Positions 27,631-36,366 of a stretch of DNA of 64,000 nucleotides are shown here, in pieces (position 1 is the stretch's first letter; each line of letters begins with the position of its first letter). This DNA is from Armatimonadetes bacterium DC (lineage in GTDB: Bacteria; Armatimonadota; Fimbriimonadia; Fimbriimonadales; GBS-DC): NCBI GenBank assembly GCA_001442985.1, contig LDYB01000004.1, positions 13,063 through 77,062 on the forward strand, in the 5' to 3' direction. The notes under the pieces are model-generated. The model was not told the DNA's origin, did not search any database, and saw nothing but the letters and a program-made list of their open reading frames with translations. Position numbers and translations under genes: made by a program.

Positions 27631-29325
27631 ATGAGACAGTGGGCACTGGCAGGATGGCTCGCGTGCGCAACCGTGCTTTGGGCGCAGCAGGTACCGCGCA
27701 CGCCAGGCGGTGAATTGTGGGCAGGTACGACCCTTCAACTTCGCGCGGCGGTGGTGAACAGTTCGGGAAGCGCCGTTGCGCTCTCCAATCCCGCCGAAGT
27801 ACGGGTCGGGCAAGTCGTGCGCTGGCGGGTAGAGTACGAGTCGCTTCCCCACGGAACGACCGACCGCGATGCATGGTTTACGCTTCTGGTGCAAAATCGG
27901 GGCAACGGTTACGACACCTTGCTCCCGAAACTCAACACCCTGGAAGCGCCCGACGCGACCCCATGGCAAATTACGCTCTATGAGCAGCTCACGCCAGACC
28001 AGAGTTTCGAGGGGGCAACTCTGGTGAGTGAGGCGCTGGCTCCTGTGGCGCCGGGGGAACAACGCCGGCTCTTCTTACGCGCCCGCGCGCCCAGCGATCG
28101 CAACACCGACGGTGCCTTCCTCTTTTTGAACGCACGCCCGCTGATGGACGCGAGCCTGCGCTTCGAACGCAACTTTGTAGCAGGTGTGGAAGCCACTCGT
28201 GGCGTCGCAACTCAAGCCACAACATGGAGCAGCTACACCCTGGTTGCAGAACCCGCTCTCATAGAAGGCAGGCTCTGGTGGGTAGCGAACAACGGAACGG
28301 ACACCCGGGTTTTCTTCACGCCCCAGCCTCTCACGACAACGGGTACCTTTACGAATAACACCCAAGGGGGCGCCAAGTTAATCGGGATTACGCCCGGTGG
28401 GGCAGGGGTCTTCACGAATGAATGGCTGTTCCTGACCGCATCTAACGGCGCGGTGGGAGCATTCCCGCTGAACCTCCTGAGCCAGAATGGGTTGCTTGCG
28501 CCCACATGGCTCAACCTGCCCCTGCCTGTTCGCACCGATGTGGCGCCTGTTTGGGATGGCGTGCTGGTTTTCTTTGCAGACATCACGGAGCAGGTGATTG
28601 TGTTTGACCCTGTCAGGGGGCTGGCAACCTCCCTGCTTCGCCCCACCGATAGCCCGATCGTTGCGCTCTATACGCTTCCAGAGCGGACTGTGGTCGTTGC
28701 CCGGGCGAATGGCTTGTTTGAGGTGATTCAGAACGGCGTGCGCGTGCGGAGTAATGTGCGCTTACCGAACGCGGGCACGACCCCTCTGCTGGGTGCGGCT
28801 TATGATGCCCGCCGGGGTAATTTGATTGTTTCGGCAGGCACGCGCATTGGTTGCTACAACTTCCGTGCAAATCAGTGGCTCTGGGTGCTGAACACAGGAA
28901 CCGCGCTGATAGGAGCGCCCGTCTACGACTTCGCTACCGACGCATGCTATGTGCTGGACAGCACAGGACAGCTCTGGGCGCTGGATTCGGGAGGAGGGGC
29001 GGTACGCCCGCTCTACCCGCAGCGGTGCTTCAATCGCCTCCTCAGCAAAGCCACCCTGACCGCACTGGCACGCCAGGACCGCAAAGTAAGCTATGTGTAT
29101 GTGCTGGCGCAGTTCTCAGACGGTACTGTGGAGACCCGCCTGATTACCGCCGTGAACCCCTTCAACCGCTTTGTGAACACCACTATTCCTGCTGGCGCGG
29201 TGATAGGGAGCCGCTGGCTGGTTACGGGGGATGGCGACAGCGATTTTCTCATCGCGTGGTGCTGGCGCGGCGTGATTATTAACGGCACAGAGCGTGGCGC
29301 ATTCTATGCCTTTCGCCCCCGATAA
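27631..29325 (+). CDS. Secreted protein, paralog B: Ig-like (DUF11/CARDB-like) region plus beta-propeller repeats
   Basis: ORF trimmed to ATG 27631 (MRQWALAGWLACATVLWAQQ signal). Collinear with 2081..3829 through the blocks RTPxGxLWAGTT, VRVGQ, NxGNGYD, LYE, APGE, FVAGV, YVYxLAQ, VNPxN. Confidence 0.8.
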   Translation: MRQWALAGWLACATVLWAQQVPRTPGGELWAGTTLQLRAAVVNSSGSAVALSNPAEVRVGQVVRWRVEYESLPHGTTDRDAWFTLLVQNRGNGYDTLLPKLNTLEAPDATPWQITLYEQLTPDQSFEGATLVSEALAPVAPGEQRRLFLRARAPSDRNTDGAFLFLNARPLMDASLRFERNFVAGVEATRGVATQATTWSSYTLVAEPALIEGRLWWVANNGTDTRVFFTPQPLTTTGTFTNNTQGGAKLIGITPGGAGVFTNEWLFLTASNGAVGAFPLNLLSQNGLLAPTWLNLPLPVRTDVAPVWDGVLVFFADITEQVIVFDPVRGLATSLLRPTDSPIVALYTLPERTVVVARANGLFEVIQNGVRVRSNVRLPNAGTTPLLGAAYDARRGNLIVSAGTRIGCYNFRANQWLWVLNTGTALIGAPVYDFATDACYVLDSTGQLWALDSGGGAVRPLYPQRCFNRLLSKATLTALARQDRKVSYVYVLAQFSDGTVETRLITAVNPFNRFVNTTIPAGAVIGSRWLVTGDGDSDFLIAWCWRGVIINGTERGAFYAFRPR

Positions 29326-29330
29326 GCAGG

Positions 29331-29336
29331 TACAAT
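29331..29336 (+). promoter_or_regulatory. -10 box (AGGTACAAT) for the ABC ATPase, leaderless-type
   Basis: 7 nt to ATG 29344. Begins 6 nt after the stop of the upstream gene. Confidence 0.5.
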
Positions 29337-29343
29337 TCGCCCG

Positions 29344-30273
29344 ATGTGGGCGATTGAAACGCGCGGGCTGAAAAAGGTTTACCGTTCGCTTATCGGGGGG
29401 ACTCCGGTTGTCGCCGTCGCCGAGCTGAACCTGCAGGTTCCCTACGGGTGCGTGTTCGGCTTTCTGGGACCGAACGGCGCGGGGAAGACGACCACCATCC
29501 AGATTCTGATTGGGAATGTGTACCCGACGGCGGGGCAGGCGTGGGTGCTGGGCTACAAAGCAGGCGCCCTTGCGGCGAAACGGCGTCTGGGGTTCCTGCC
29601 GGAGAAGTTTCAGTTCCATGAGTTTCTCACCGCCGAAGAGTTTTTGAAACTGCATGGGCGTCTGGCAGGGATGGACGGCAAAACGCTCGCAAAACGCATC
29701 GACGAGGTGCTGGAGCTGGTGGGACTGCAGGAGCGCCGCAAGAGCCGTATCCGTGAGTTCTCCAAAGGGATGCAGCAGCGCATCGGGCTGGCACAGGCGA
29801 TTTTACACGACCCCGATCTCGTAATTCTGGATGAGCCGACCTCCGCACTGGACCCGCTGGGCAGGCGGCGCGTGCGCGAGGTCATCGAGTATCTCAAACA
29901 GCAGGGCAAAACCGTGTTCCTGAACTCGCATCTGCTCTCGGAGGTGGAGCGCAGTTGCGACATGGTGGCGATTCTCAACAAAGGGCGTGTGGTGAAGCAG
30001 GGCACGCTGGAGGCGTTGCTGGTTCATAAATCGGTGGTGGTGCTGGAGTTGCGTCAGGTGGTTCCCTCTGTTCTGGAGGCGCTGGAGCGCGTAGCGACAA
30101 AGGTGCAACCGCTGGACACAAACCGTGTGATGGCAGAGGTCGCCGATGAGCGGGCAATCCCCGAGCTGGCACGCGCGGTGGTCTACGCCGGCGGCGAGCT
30201 GATGGGGATGCAAGCCAAACGGGAAACGCTGGAAGACCTCTTTATCCAGCTGGTGGAAGGGGAGGCGAAGTGA
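29344..30273 (+). CDS. ABC transporter ATP-binding protein (ABC-2 type)
   Basis: Walker A GPNGAGKTT, signature FSKGMQQR, Walker B LVILDEPT. Confidence 0.9.
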   Translation: MWAIETRGLKKVYRSLIGGTPVVAVAELNLQVPYGCVFGFLGPNGAGKTTTIQILIGNVYPTAGQAWVLGYKAGALAAKRRLGFLPEKFQFHEFLTAEEFLKLHGRLAGMDGKTLAKRIDEVLELVGLQERRKSRIREFSKGMQQRIGLAQAILHDPDLVILDEPTSALDPLGRRRVREVIEYLKQQGKTVFLNSHLLSEVERSCDMVAILNKGRVVKQGTLEALLVHKSVVVLELRQVVPSVLEALERVATKVQPLDTNRVMAEVADERAIPELARAVVYAGGELMGMQAKRETLEDLFIQLVEGEAK

Positions 30274-30274
30274 G

Positions 30275-31120
30275 ATGGGCGCAGTGGCTGCGATTATGAC
30301 CCTCACGCTCAAAGAGGCGATGCGTCGGCGCGCCTTTCTGGGCACGCTGATTATTCTGGTCGTGCTGTACGGCTTGAGCTTCCTGCCGAAGGCGTTCCAC
30401 GAGGCGTTCGGGGGCAGCGAGCGACGCTTCGAGTTGGGCATCCAGCTGATGACCAGCTTCGGAATCGACTCCATCAAATTTTTCGCGTCGGTGCTGGCAA
30501 TCGTGTTGAGCGCGGGCACGATTACGGGCGAGATTGAGCGGGGCTATCTGGCGGCGATTTTGCCGCGCCCCTTGCACCGCTGGCAGGTCTATCTGGGCAA
30601 GTGGCTGGGCGTGATGGTGTTCTGCGCGGTGAATGTGGTTCTCTGGAGCGCGATGCTCTGGCTCTCAGTGTACCTGCAGGGCAGGTCGCGCCCTGAAATC
30701 TGGCATGCGCTCCCCTATGTGCTGCTGTACCCTGTGTTATACGGCACGCTCGCGCTGATGTTCTCCAGCTTTGCGGGCACTTCCGTCGCCCTGATGTTCA
30801 CGGTGGCGCTGGGCGCGTTCGCCTATTTCGCGGATCATTTTCTGCGCCCGCTGGTGGTGTTTATTGACGCCGCCATCCTCCAGCGCATCGTGTGGCTGTC
30901 GGAGTGGGTGCTGCCGATGGCGACGCTGAAGCGTTTCGTGATGGCAGAGGTGCGTCTGCCTTTTACCGGGCGCATCGAGGACGCGCCCTTCGCCAGCGAA
31001 GCGGTACGATTCTTTCTGAATCCGCCCACCCGCGCATGGGAGCTGGGCTATGTCGCGCTCTATATTCTCGTTGCGCTGCTGATTGGGGGAATCATCTTCC
31101 AGCGGCGCGATGTGCAATAA
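30275..31120 (+). CDS. ABC-2 family permease (NosY-like, 6 TM)
   Basis: The ATG lies 1 nt after the ATPase stop. 281-aa polytopic protein resembling ABC-2/NosY-type permeases. Confidence 0.75.
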   Translation: MGAVAAIMTLTLKEAMRRRAFLGTLIILVVLYGLSFLPKAFHEAFGGSERRFELGIQLMTSFGIDSIKFFASVLAIVLSAGTITGEIERGYLAAILPRPLHRWQVYLGKWLGVMVFCAVNVVLWSAMLWLSVYLQGRSRPEIWHALPYVLLYPVLYGTLALMFSSFAGTSVALMFTVALGAFAYFADHFLRPLVVFIDAAILQRIVWLSEWVLPMATLKRFVMAEVRLPFTGRIEDAPFASEAVRFFLNPPTRAWELGYVALYILVALLIGGIIFQRRDVQ

Positions 31121-31149
31121 GCCCCGAACCTCGCATTTTCCCCGATACA

Positions 31150-31197
31150 AAAAACGCCCCGAAGTGGCACAATCGTAATAGCGAATACACTTCGGGG
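31150..31197 (-). terminator. 10-bp hairpin with a T6 tail on the minus strand; its 3' arm on the plus strand covers the SD of the 31209 ORF
   Basis: CCCCGAAGTG (31157-66) pairs with CACTTCGGGG (31188-97), 21-nt loop. The minus-strand tail reads CGTTTTTTG. Confidence 0.45.
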
Positions 31198-31208
31198 AGG
31201 TATCGAGC

Positions 31209-31424
31209 ATGTCTTTCAAGGATGCACAGCAGTATGTGGGGATGATGTGCGAAGTGTCGTGGCGTGATCGCCGTGGGGAGGTTCAGACCAAAAACCTCTT
31301 TATCGCGGATGTAACCTTCGTGCCGCTGTACGGTGTGTGCTTCATCACGGACAGTGGCGAGATACGCCTCGACCGGGTGGTGCAGGTCAATCCGTTAGAG
31401 CAGCCAGGCGAGAAGGCGGCTTAA
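31209..31424 (+). CDS. Small hypothetical protein (71 aa, beta-rich)
   Basis: GGGGAGG SD 8 nt upstream. High third-position GC. Followed by a terminator. Confidence 0.6.
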   Translation: MSFKDAQQYVGMMCEVSWRDRRGEVQTKNLFIADVTFVPLYGVCFITDSGEIRLDRVVQVNPLEQPGEKAA

Positions 31425-31430
31425 GGCTGG

Positions 31431-31469
31431 GCGGCTGGGGACTGTGCCCCAGCCGCGCTTTCAGTTTTC
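31431..31469 (+). terminator. Rho-independent terminator between convergent genes
   Basis: GCGGCTGGGG-ACTGTG-CCCCAGCCGC followed by GCTTTCAGTTTTC. Confidence 0.65.
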
Positions 31470-32591
31470 TACGCGGTAGTGCTTGACGGCATCCTCGTCG
31501 ATTTCGACGCCCAGCCCTGGCTTTGACGGCACAGGCAGATAGCCTTCCGAATCGGGCACAATCGGTTCCGTGAGGAAGTAGTCGCGTGCTTTCAGGTCCC
31601 AGCCGGGCGGCTCGTAGGGGAACTCTGCCCATTCGCAATTGGGCGAAGCGCCCATCAGTTGCAGGTTCGCCGCCAATCCCAGCCCGCTGGTCCAGGTGTG
31701 AGGGGCAATCTGCTTGCCGAAGGCTTCTGCCATGCCCGCAATCTTTTTGCCCATCAGGATGCCGCTGGAGAGGCACACATCGGGCTGCAGGATATCGATG
31801 GCGTCGCGAATGAGGTACTCGCGGAACTCGTGAAGATCCTGGTTCATCTCCCCGCTGGCGAGGGGGATGGGCGCTTTTTCGCGCAGGCGTCGGTAGCCTT
31901 CGTAGTCGTTTTTGTCTAACGGCTCTTCCAGCCAGCGCACGCCCAGTTCCGCCAGCTCTTCGGCAACGCGCAGGGCGGTGGACACATCCCATTTGGGTGC
32001 AGGCGCCATGCCTGCCACGCGCCAGCCCATGTTCGCGTCTACCATAATCTCCATATCGGGGTAGCGCTCGCGAACGGCGCGGGCGACCGCCATATCCTCG
32101 CGCCAGTCCCAGCTGTGGAACCGGAGCTTGACCGCGCGGATGCCCATCTCCCGCACCTGTGCCACATAGTCCAGTCGCTCTTCCACGGAGCGCAGCTCGC
32201 CCGTGCTGGCGTAGGCGCGCACGCGCTCCTGATAGCCGCCCAGCAGGCGGTAGACAGGCTGCCCCAGCGCCTTGCCGATAATGTCCCAGAACGCCATTTC
32301 AATCCACCACAGGCGCAGTCCCAGAAAAGTGGCGGAGCGGGCAATCTGCACCACCTCTTCCACATTCATCGGGTCGCGCCCGAACAGGAACGGCAACAGG
32401 AGCTGCTGGAGACCGCTCCCCTCGCGGCTGAAGGCGACCCCCGCGGCATAGCCCTTGATGCCCTCATCGGTTTCCAGCGTGAGCAGATGCACACGGTGCG
32501 CCGTCTGCGGGTAGCCGGGAAGCCACGCGGGGTAGAACGGAGTCTCCAGCGGGTACTCCAGCAGGCACAGGTCCACGCCGACGATGCGCAT
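31461..32591 (-). CDS. Enolase-superfamily enzyme (mandelate racemase / muconate lactonizing enzyme family)
   Basis: 376 aa. AVKLRF, IMVDANMGW, WLEEP, PLASGE, DILQPD are the typical metal-ligand and barrel motifs. Confidence 0.85.
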   Translation of the reverse strand: MRIVGVDLCLLEYPLETPFYPAWLPGYPQTAHRVHLLTLETDEGIKGYAAGVAFSREGSGLQQLLLPFLFGRDPMNVEEVVQIARSATFLGLRLWWIEMAFWDIIGKALGQPVYRLLGGYQERVRAYASTGELRSVEERLDYVAQVREMGIRAVKLRFHSWDWREDMAVARAVRERYPDMEIMVDANMGWRVAGMAPAPKWDVSTALRVAEELAELGVRWLEEPLDKNDYEGYRRLREKAPIPLASGEMNQDLHEFREYLIRDAIDILQPDVCLSSGILMGKKIAGMAEAFGKQIAPHTWTSGLGLAANLQLMGASPNCEWAEFPYEPPGWDLKARDYFLTEPIVPDSEGYLPVPSKPGLGVEIDEDAVKHYRVEN

Positions 32592-32592
32592 C

Positions 32593-32997
32593 TCAGGCTC
32601 CCAGTCCCTTCTCTTTCAGGTATTCGCGGTAGACGGCGACCGCCTGGGGCATCGTGTTGGTGAGTTGCATAATCCCGCTGACGCGCCCTTTCGGCTGGAT
32701 TTTGCGCTGGGTGAATGCCATCATGGCGTTCTCCTGCCCCGTGTAGAGTTTGTGGAACAGGTCTGCCGTGAGCGTCAGCGCCGCTTCCTCTTCGCCGTCG
32801 GGCTTTTCGGTCAGCAGCTCCAGCTTGCCGCCGCGCGTGTCAATCCAGAAATCGATATCGGGCTGCTTGATATGGATGGCAATCAGCATATCCAGCTTCT
32901 GCCACCCCTCGCGAATCACATCCACATTGCGCAGGCGGTCGATAAACTCAAACACGAACGCCCTCGCTTGCTCCGGGTCTTTATACGGAAACCCCAT
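32593..32997 (-). CDS. SCP2 sterol-binding-domain protein
   Basis: 134 aa. LTADLFHKLYTGQENAMMAFTQRKIQPKGRVSGIMQL matches the SCP2 C-terminal pattern. AAGGAGG SD. Confidence 0.75.
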   Translation of the reverse strand: MGFPYKDPEQARAFVFEFIDRLRNVDVIREGWQKLDMLIAIHIKQPDIDFWIDTRGGKLELLTEKPDGEEEAALTLTADLFHKLYTGQENAMMAFTQRKIQPKGRVSGIMQLTNTMPQAVAVYREYLKEKGLGA

Positions 32998-33129
32998 CGT
33001 TGCGAACCTCCTTCGTTGAGTGTTGACTGACTCTTTATTCGGGGCATGCAGGCGATTTTCCTGCTACCCCTGCACAAATGCGGGGCTTCTGCCGAAATTG
33101 AGCAGATAGCAGGAGTCGGAACGGTTCTG

Positions 33130-33135
33130 TAGAAT
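33130..33135 (+). promoter_or_regulatory. -10 box (TGTAGAAT, extended TG) for the 33143 gene
   Basis: 7 nt to GTG 33143 and 13 nt to ATG 33149. Confidence 0.45.
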
Positions 33136-33142
33136 TGCGAGG

Positions 33143-33742
33143 GTGCCTATGGATCAGGCGTTAGGTTTACGCAGAGCGGCTCAAGCGAAGCGGGAGGTGC
33201 AAACCCGTTTGGGGGTGCCCCTTATTCATGCGCATGTGCTGCTGAGCGCCGAGGGGCGTGTGGAGGCGCCGCCGTGTACGCTGCTGTGGCACTGGCGTGA
33301 CTCGGCGCGTGGGCGTGTGGGGTGGGATATGCAGGCGCGTCTGCATGTGGTGGGGGGTCCCCACCAGTTTTCGGCGCCGGAGTTGAGCCAGTGGCGTGCC
33401 CTGTTCCGTGAATGGTGGCTGTGCGGGCGCACGCTGGAGGTCATGCTTTATGCCGATGTGGGCTGGCTCTGGCTGAATTCAGGGCGGGAACTGCTGGAGC
33501 GCCTGCGCCCCACGCTTCACTGGCTCTGCAGAAACCAGCCGGAACTCCCGATAATTTTAGCAGGTCTCGGCGAATCGTCCATTGAGCGGATTCAGCGCTG
33601 GGCAAGCGCGCGGTTTCCGCTCCAGTTCCTGAGACCGGAAGCACTCTATGGCGGAGCGGAGCGTAAGCGGAACGGCTACTATCGGCTTTTGCGCTTGTGC
33701 CACGCTCCCACCCATATCTCGGTCGTCAAGGAGGCTCTATGA
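33143..33742 (+). CDS. Hypothetical protein with a FlhG-type N-terminal DQAxxLR motif but no Walker A
   Basis: The N-terminus M(P)MDQALGLRR contains DQAxxLR exactly. There is no GKGGxGK[ST] anywhere. The stop overlaps the glgA ATG (ATGA). Confidence 0.6.
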   Translation: MPMDQALGLRRAAQAKREVQTRLGVPLIHAHVLLSAEGRVEAPPCTLLWHWRDSARGRVGWDMQARLHVVGGPHQFSAPELSQWRALFREWWLCGRTLEVMLYADVGWLWLNSGRELLERLRPTLHWLCRNQPELPIILAGLGESSIERIQRWASARFPLQFLRPEALYGGAERKRNGYYRLLRLCHAPTHISVVKEAL

Positions 33743-35238
33743 ACCGTTCAATGCGTGTTTTGTTGGCTTCGGCAGAGGTTGCACCCTACGCAAAGGTCGG
33801 TGGATTAGCCGATGTGGCAGGCTCCCTTCCCAAAGCGCTCCATCAGCTCGGACACGATGTGCGAGTTGTTATGCCCGCCTACCCGATGGTAACGCAAAAC
33901 GAGCGCTGGAGCGTTCGCCCATTGCGTGAATTCCTCGTTCCGATTCACCCCAGCTGGCGCGAAACGGCTACCCTGTATACCGTTGAATCGGCGCCTGTGC
34001 CCACCTACCTGCTCCGTGTGGGCGCATGGTTTGACAACGCTACCGAATCCAGCAAAATTTACGCCGTAGACCCCAGAGCCTATATCGCTTTCTGCCACGC
34101 GGTCGTGCAGATGGTCGCAGAGATGGCAGACGAGTGGACGCCCCAGATTCTGCACTGCAACGACTGGCACACGGCGCTTATTCCTGTATTGCTTCGGGTG
34201 AAGCAACAGCCTTTCTATTCGGCTATCGCGAGCGTTTATACAATCCATAATCTGGCATATCAGGGCGTGTTTGAGCGCGACTTTTTTGCCGAGACAGGCT
34301 TGCCTGAAACGCTTTTTGATATCGAAGGGCTGGAATTTTATGGCAAGGTGAACCTGATGAAGGGCGCTTTGCTCTTCAGCGACTATGTGAACACGGTCAG
34401 CCCGACCTATGCGCAGGAGATACAGACCCCCGAATATGGTGAACAGCTGGAAGGGGTTCTGCGTCGGCTGGATGCGGAGGGGCGGCTTCTGGGCATCCTG
34501 AACGGCATCGACTATGAGGAATGGAACCCCCAAACCGACCCGCATATTCCTGCCCACTACTCGGCGGACGACCTTTCGGGCAAGGCGGTGTGTAAGGCGC
34601 AGCTGCAAACCGAGTGCGGCTGGCAACCCGACCCTTCCAAAGCGGTGATTGGGCTGGTGTCGCGCCTGACCGACCAGAAGGGGCTGGACCTCATCAAGGC
34701 AATCGGGGCGCGCATTCTGCAGCTGCCCGTGCAGCTGGTGGTGCTGGGCACAGGCGACCCCAGCTATGAGCGCTATTTCCGCGCCCTGCACAAGCGCCAC
34801 CGCGCGAAAGTGCATGCCACTATCGGATTCGATAACGCGCTGGCACATCGCATTTATGCGGGTTCTGACATGTTTCTGATGCCCTCACGGTTTGAGCCGT
34901 GCGGTTTAGGGCAAATGATTAGTTTGCGATATGGAACAATCCCCATAGTGCGGCAGACGGGTGGCTTGGCGGACAGCATCACGCCTTACGATGCCGAGCG
35001 CGAAGTGGGCAACGGTTTCGCGTTCCGTGCCTATCAGCCTGAAGCGCTCTATCGGGCGGTGGAGCAGGCGGTTCAGGTATTTGGGCAGACGGAGCGCTGG
35101 AGCCGCCTGGTGAAGCGCGTGATGCAGGAGGACTGGTCATGGTCCCGTTCGGCGGGTGCCTATGCGGAACTCTACGCACGCGCTCTGGAGGCGCGCGCCC
35201 GAATCGCCACCACGACCGCGCAACCTGCCGTGCGATGA
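33739..35238 (+). CDS. glgA: Glycogen synthase (GT5)
   Basis: ORF trimmed to ATG 33739 (AAGGAGG SD). MRVLLASAEVAPYAKVGGLADV (KxGGL), PSRFEPCGL. Confidence 0.95.
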   Translation: MNRSMRVLLASAEVAPYAKVGGLADVAGSLPKALHQLGHDVRVVMPAYPMVTQNERWSVRPLREFLVPIHPSWRETATLYTVESAPVPTYLLRVGAWFDNATESSKIYAVDPRAYIAFCHAVVQMVAEMADEWTPQILHCNDWHTALIPVLLRVKQQPFYSAIASVYTIHNLAYQGVFERDFFAETGLPETLFDIEGLEFYGKVNLMKGALLFSDYVNTVSPTYAQEIQTPEYGEQLEGVLRRLDAEGRLLGILNGIDYEEWNPQTDPHIPAHYSADDLSGKAVCKAQLQTECGWQPDPSKAVIGLVSRLTDQKGLDLIKAIGARILQLPVQLVVLGTGDPSYERYFRALHKRHRAKVHATIGFDNALAHRIYAGSDMFLMPSRFEPCGLGQMISLRYGTIPIVRQTGGLADSITPYDAEREVGNGFAFRAYQPEALYRAVEQAVQVFGQTERWSRLVKRVMQEDWSWSRSAGAYAELYARALEARARIATTTAQPAVR

Positions 35239-35278
35239 GGAGGTTCCAGCGCAACCACGAGGAACCGAATGAAGACGC

Positions 35279-35530
35279 ATGAACTGGAGCGTGGCGCCCC
35301 GCATTACAGGGGGGCTTGGCTGTATGCTGGTGCTGGTGCTCGGAATCATTTCGGGCATCGACCCCGTGCTGTGTACCATCCGGGGACTCATCGGGGGCAT
35401 GGTCGGGTGGATCGCTGGCGCACTGTGGGCGTTCTGGATGAGCCAGCTCATGCCACCCGAACCGCCGCAGCACGAACATGCTCCCGAACCGCCGTCGGAT
35501 TCCTCCGACAGCGAAGCGGACGCCGCTTAG
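35279..35530 (+). CDS. Small membrane protein (83 aa, 2 TM, acidic/proline tail)
   Basis: High third-position GC. The hydrophobic segments GGLGCMLVLVLGIISGI and LIGGMVGWIAGALWAFW support this frame. The alternative frame (35269) is Arg-rich and implausible. Confidence 0.6.
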   Translation: MNWSVAPRITGGLGCMLVLVLGIISGIDPVLCTIRGLIGGMVGWIAGALWAFWMSQLMPPEPPQHEHAPEPPSDSSDSEADAA

Positions 35531-35549
35531 GCAACTGAGGGAGGCTGTT

Positions 35550-36326
35550 ATGGACGCTTATCAACTTGCGGACGCATGGCGCAACTTCAAGGTCTACGGC
35601 GATATGGAAAGCCGAGACCAGATTATCCGCCATTATGCGCATCTGATCAAACTCACGGTGGCGCGTGTTGTACCCTACCCGCCTGCGGGTATGGAGTGGG
35701 AGGACCTGTATAGCCACGGTGCCATCGGCTTGATTCGCGCGGTGGACACCTTTGACCCGACCCGGAATGTGAAGTTCGAAACCTACGCGATTGCACTGAT
35801 TCGAGGCGCCGTGCTGGAAGCGTTGCGCTCGGAAGACTGGGTGCCGCGCTCCGCACGCGACAAGCTCCGGACTTTAGAACGCGCGTGGGTGCAACTGGAA
35901 GCGCAGCTGGGGCGCCCCCCCACTGAAGAGGAAACCGCCGAGGCGATGGGGATTTCGATGGAAGAGTATCGACAACTCCTGATTGATTACGCCCGCACGA
36001 ACCTCATCTCGCTTGACAGCTGCCTCGTGAACGGCGACGACGACAACGAGAACGGCAACTCGCTCGCTGAGGTGCTGACCGCCTATGAGGACCCCTACGA
36101 GGAGCTGATGGAGCGTGAACAGATGCGAGCGCTCCAGCAGGCGATCGAGAGCCTCTCGGAACGCGAACAGCGGGTGATCCAACTCTACTATTACGAGGGG
36201 CTTACCTTCAAGGAGATTGGTCAGGTGCTGGGCATCTCCGAGTCGCGCGTGTATCAGCTGCACACCCGTGCGATTGCGCGGATGCGGGAGCAGTTGTGTC
36301 ATACGCTGGGCATCCCCGTCGAGTGA
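35550..36326 (+). CDS. fliA: FliA/WhiG-family (sigma28) RNA polymerase sigma factor
   Basis: ORF trimmed to ATG 35550 (GAGGGAGG SD). DLYSHGAIGLIRAVDTFDP, FETYAIALIRGAVLEALR, DWVPRSARDK, HTH LTFKEIGQVLGISESRVYQLHTRAI. Confidence 0.85.
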   Translation: MDAYQLADAWRNFKVYGDMESRDQIIRHYAHLIKLTVARVVPYPPAGMEWEDLYSHGAIGLIRAVDTFDPTRNVKFETYAIALIRGAVLEALRSEDWVPRSARDKLRTLERAWVQLEAQLGRPPTEEETAEAMGISMEEYRQLLIDYARTNLISLDSCLVNGDDDNENGNSLAEVLTAYEDPYEELMEREQMRALQQAIESLSEREQRVIQLYYYEGLTFKEIGQVLGISESRVYQLHTRAIARMREQLCHTLGIPVE

Positions 36327-36366
36327 GGCAGGGGATTGCCTTCCTGTGGCGAATCGTGTGCGTGCG

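Noticed and set aside
28855-28870. TTGCACGGAAGTTGTA on the minus strand inside propeller paralog B, 13/16 identical to the sigma54 boxes.
   Set aside because: Both invariant dinucleotides are broken (GG to TG, GC to GT), and the site is in coding sequence. It is probably chance.
33050-33065. AGGCGATTTTCCTGCT with GG-N10-GC spacing upstream of the 33143 gene.
   Set aside because: Only the spacing and TGCT match. The -24 element is poor (AGGCGA vs TGGCAC). A TGTAGAAT extended -10 box closer to the gene explains transcription better.
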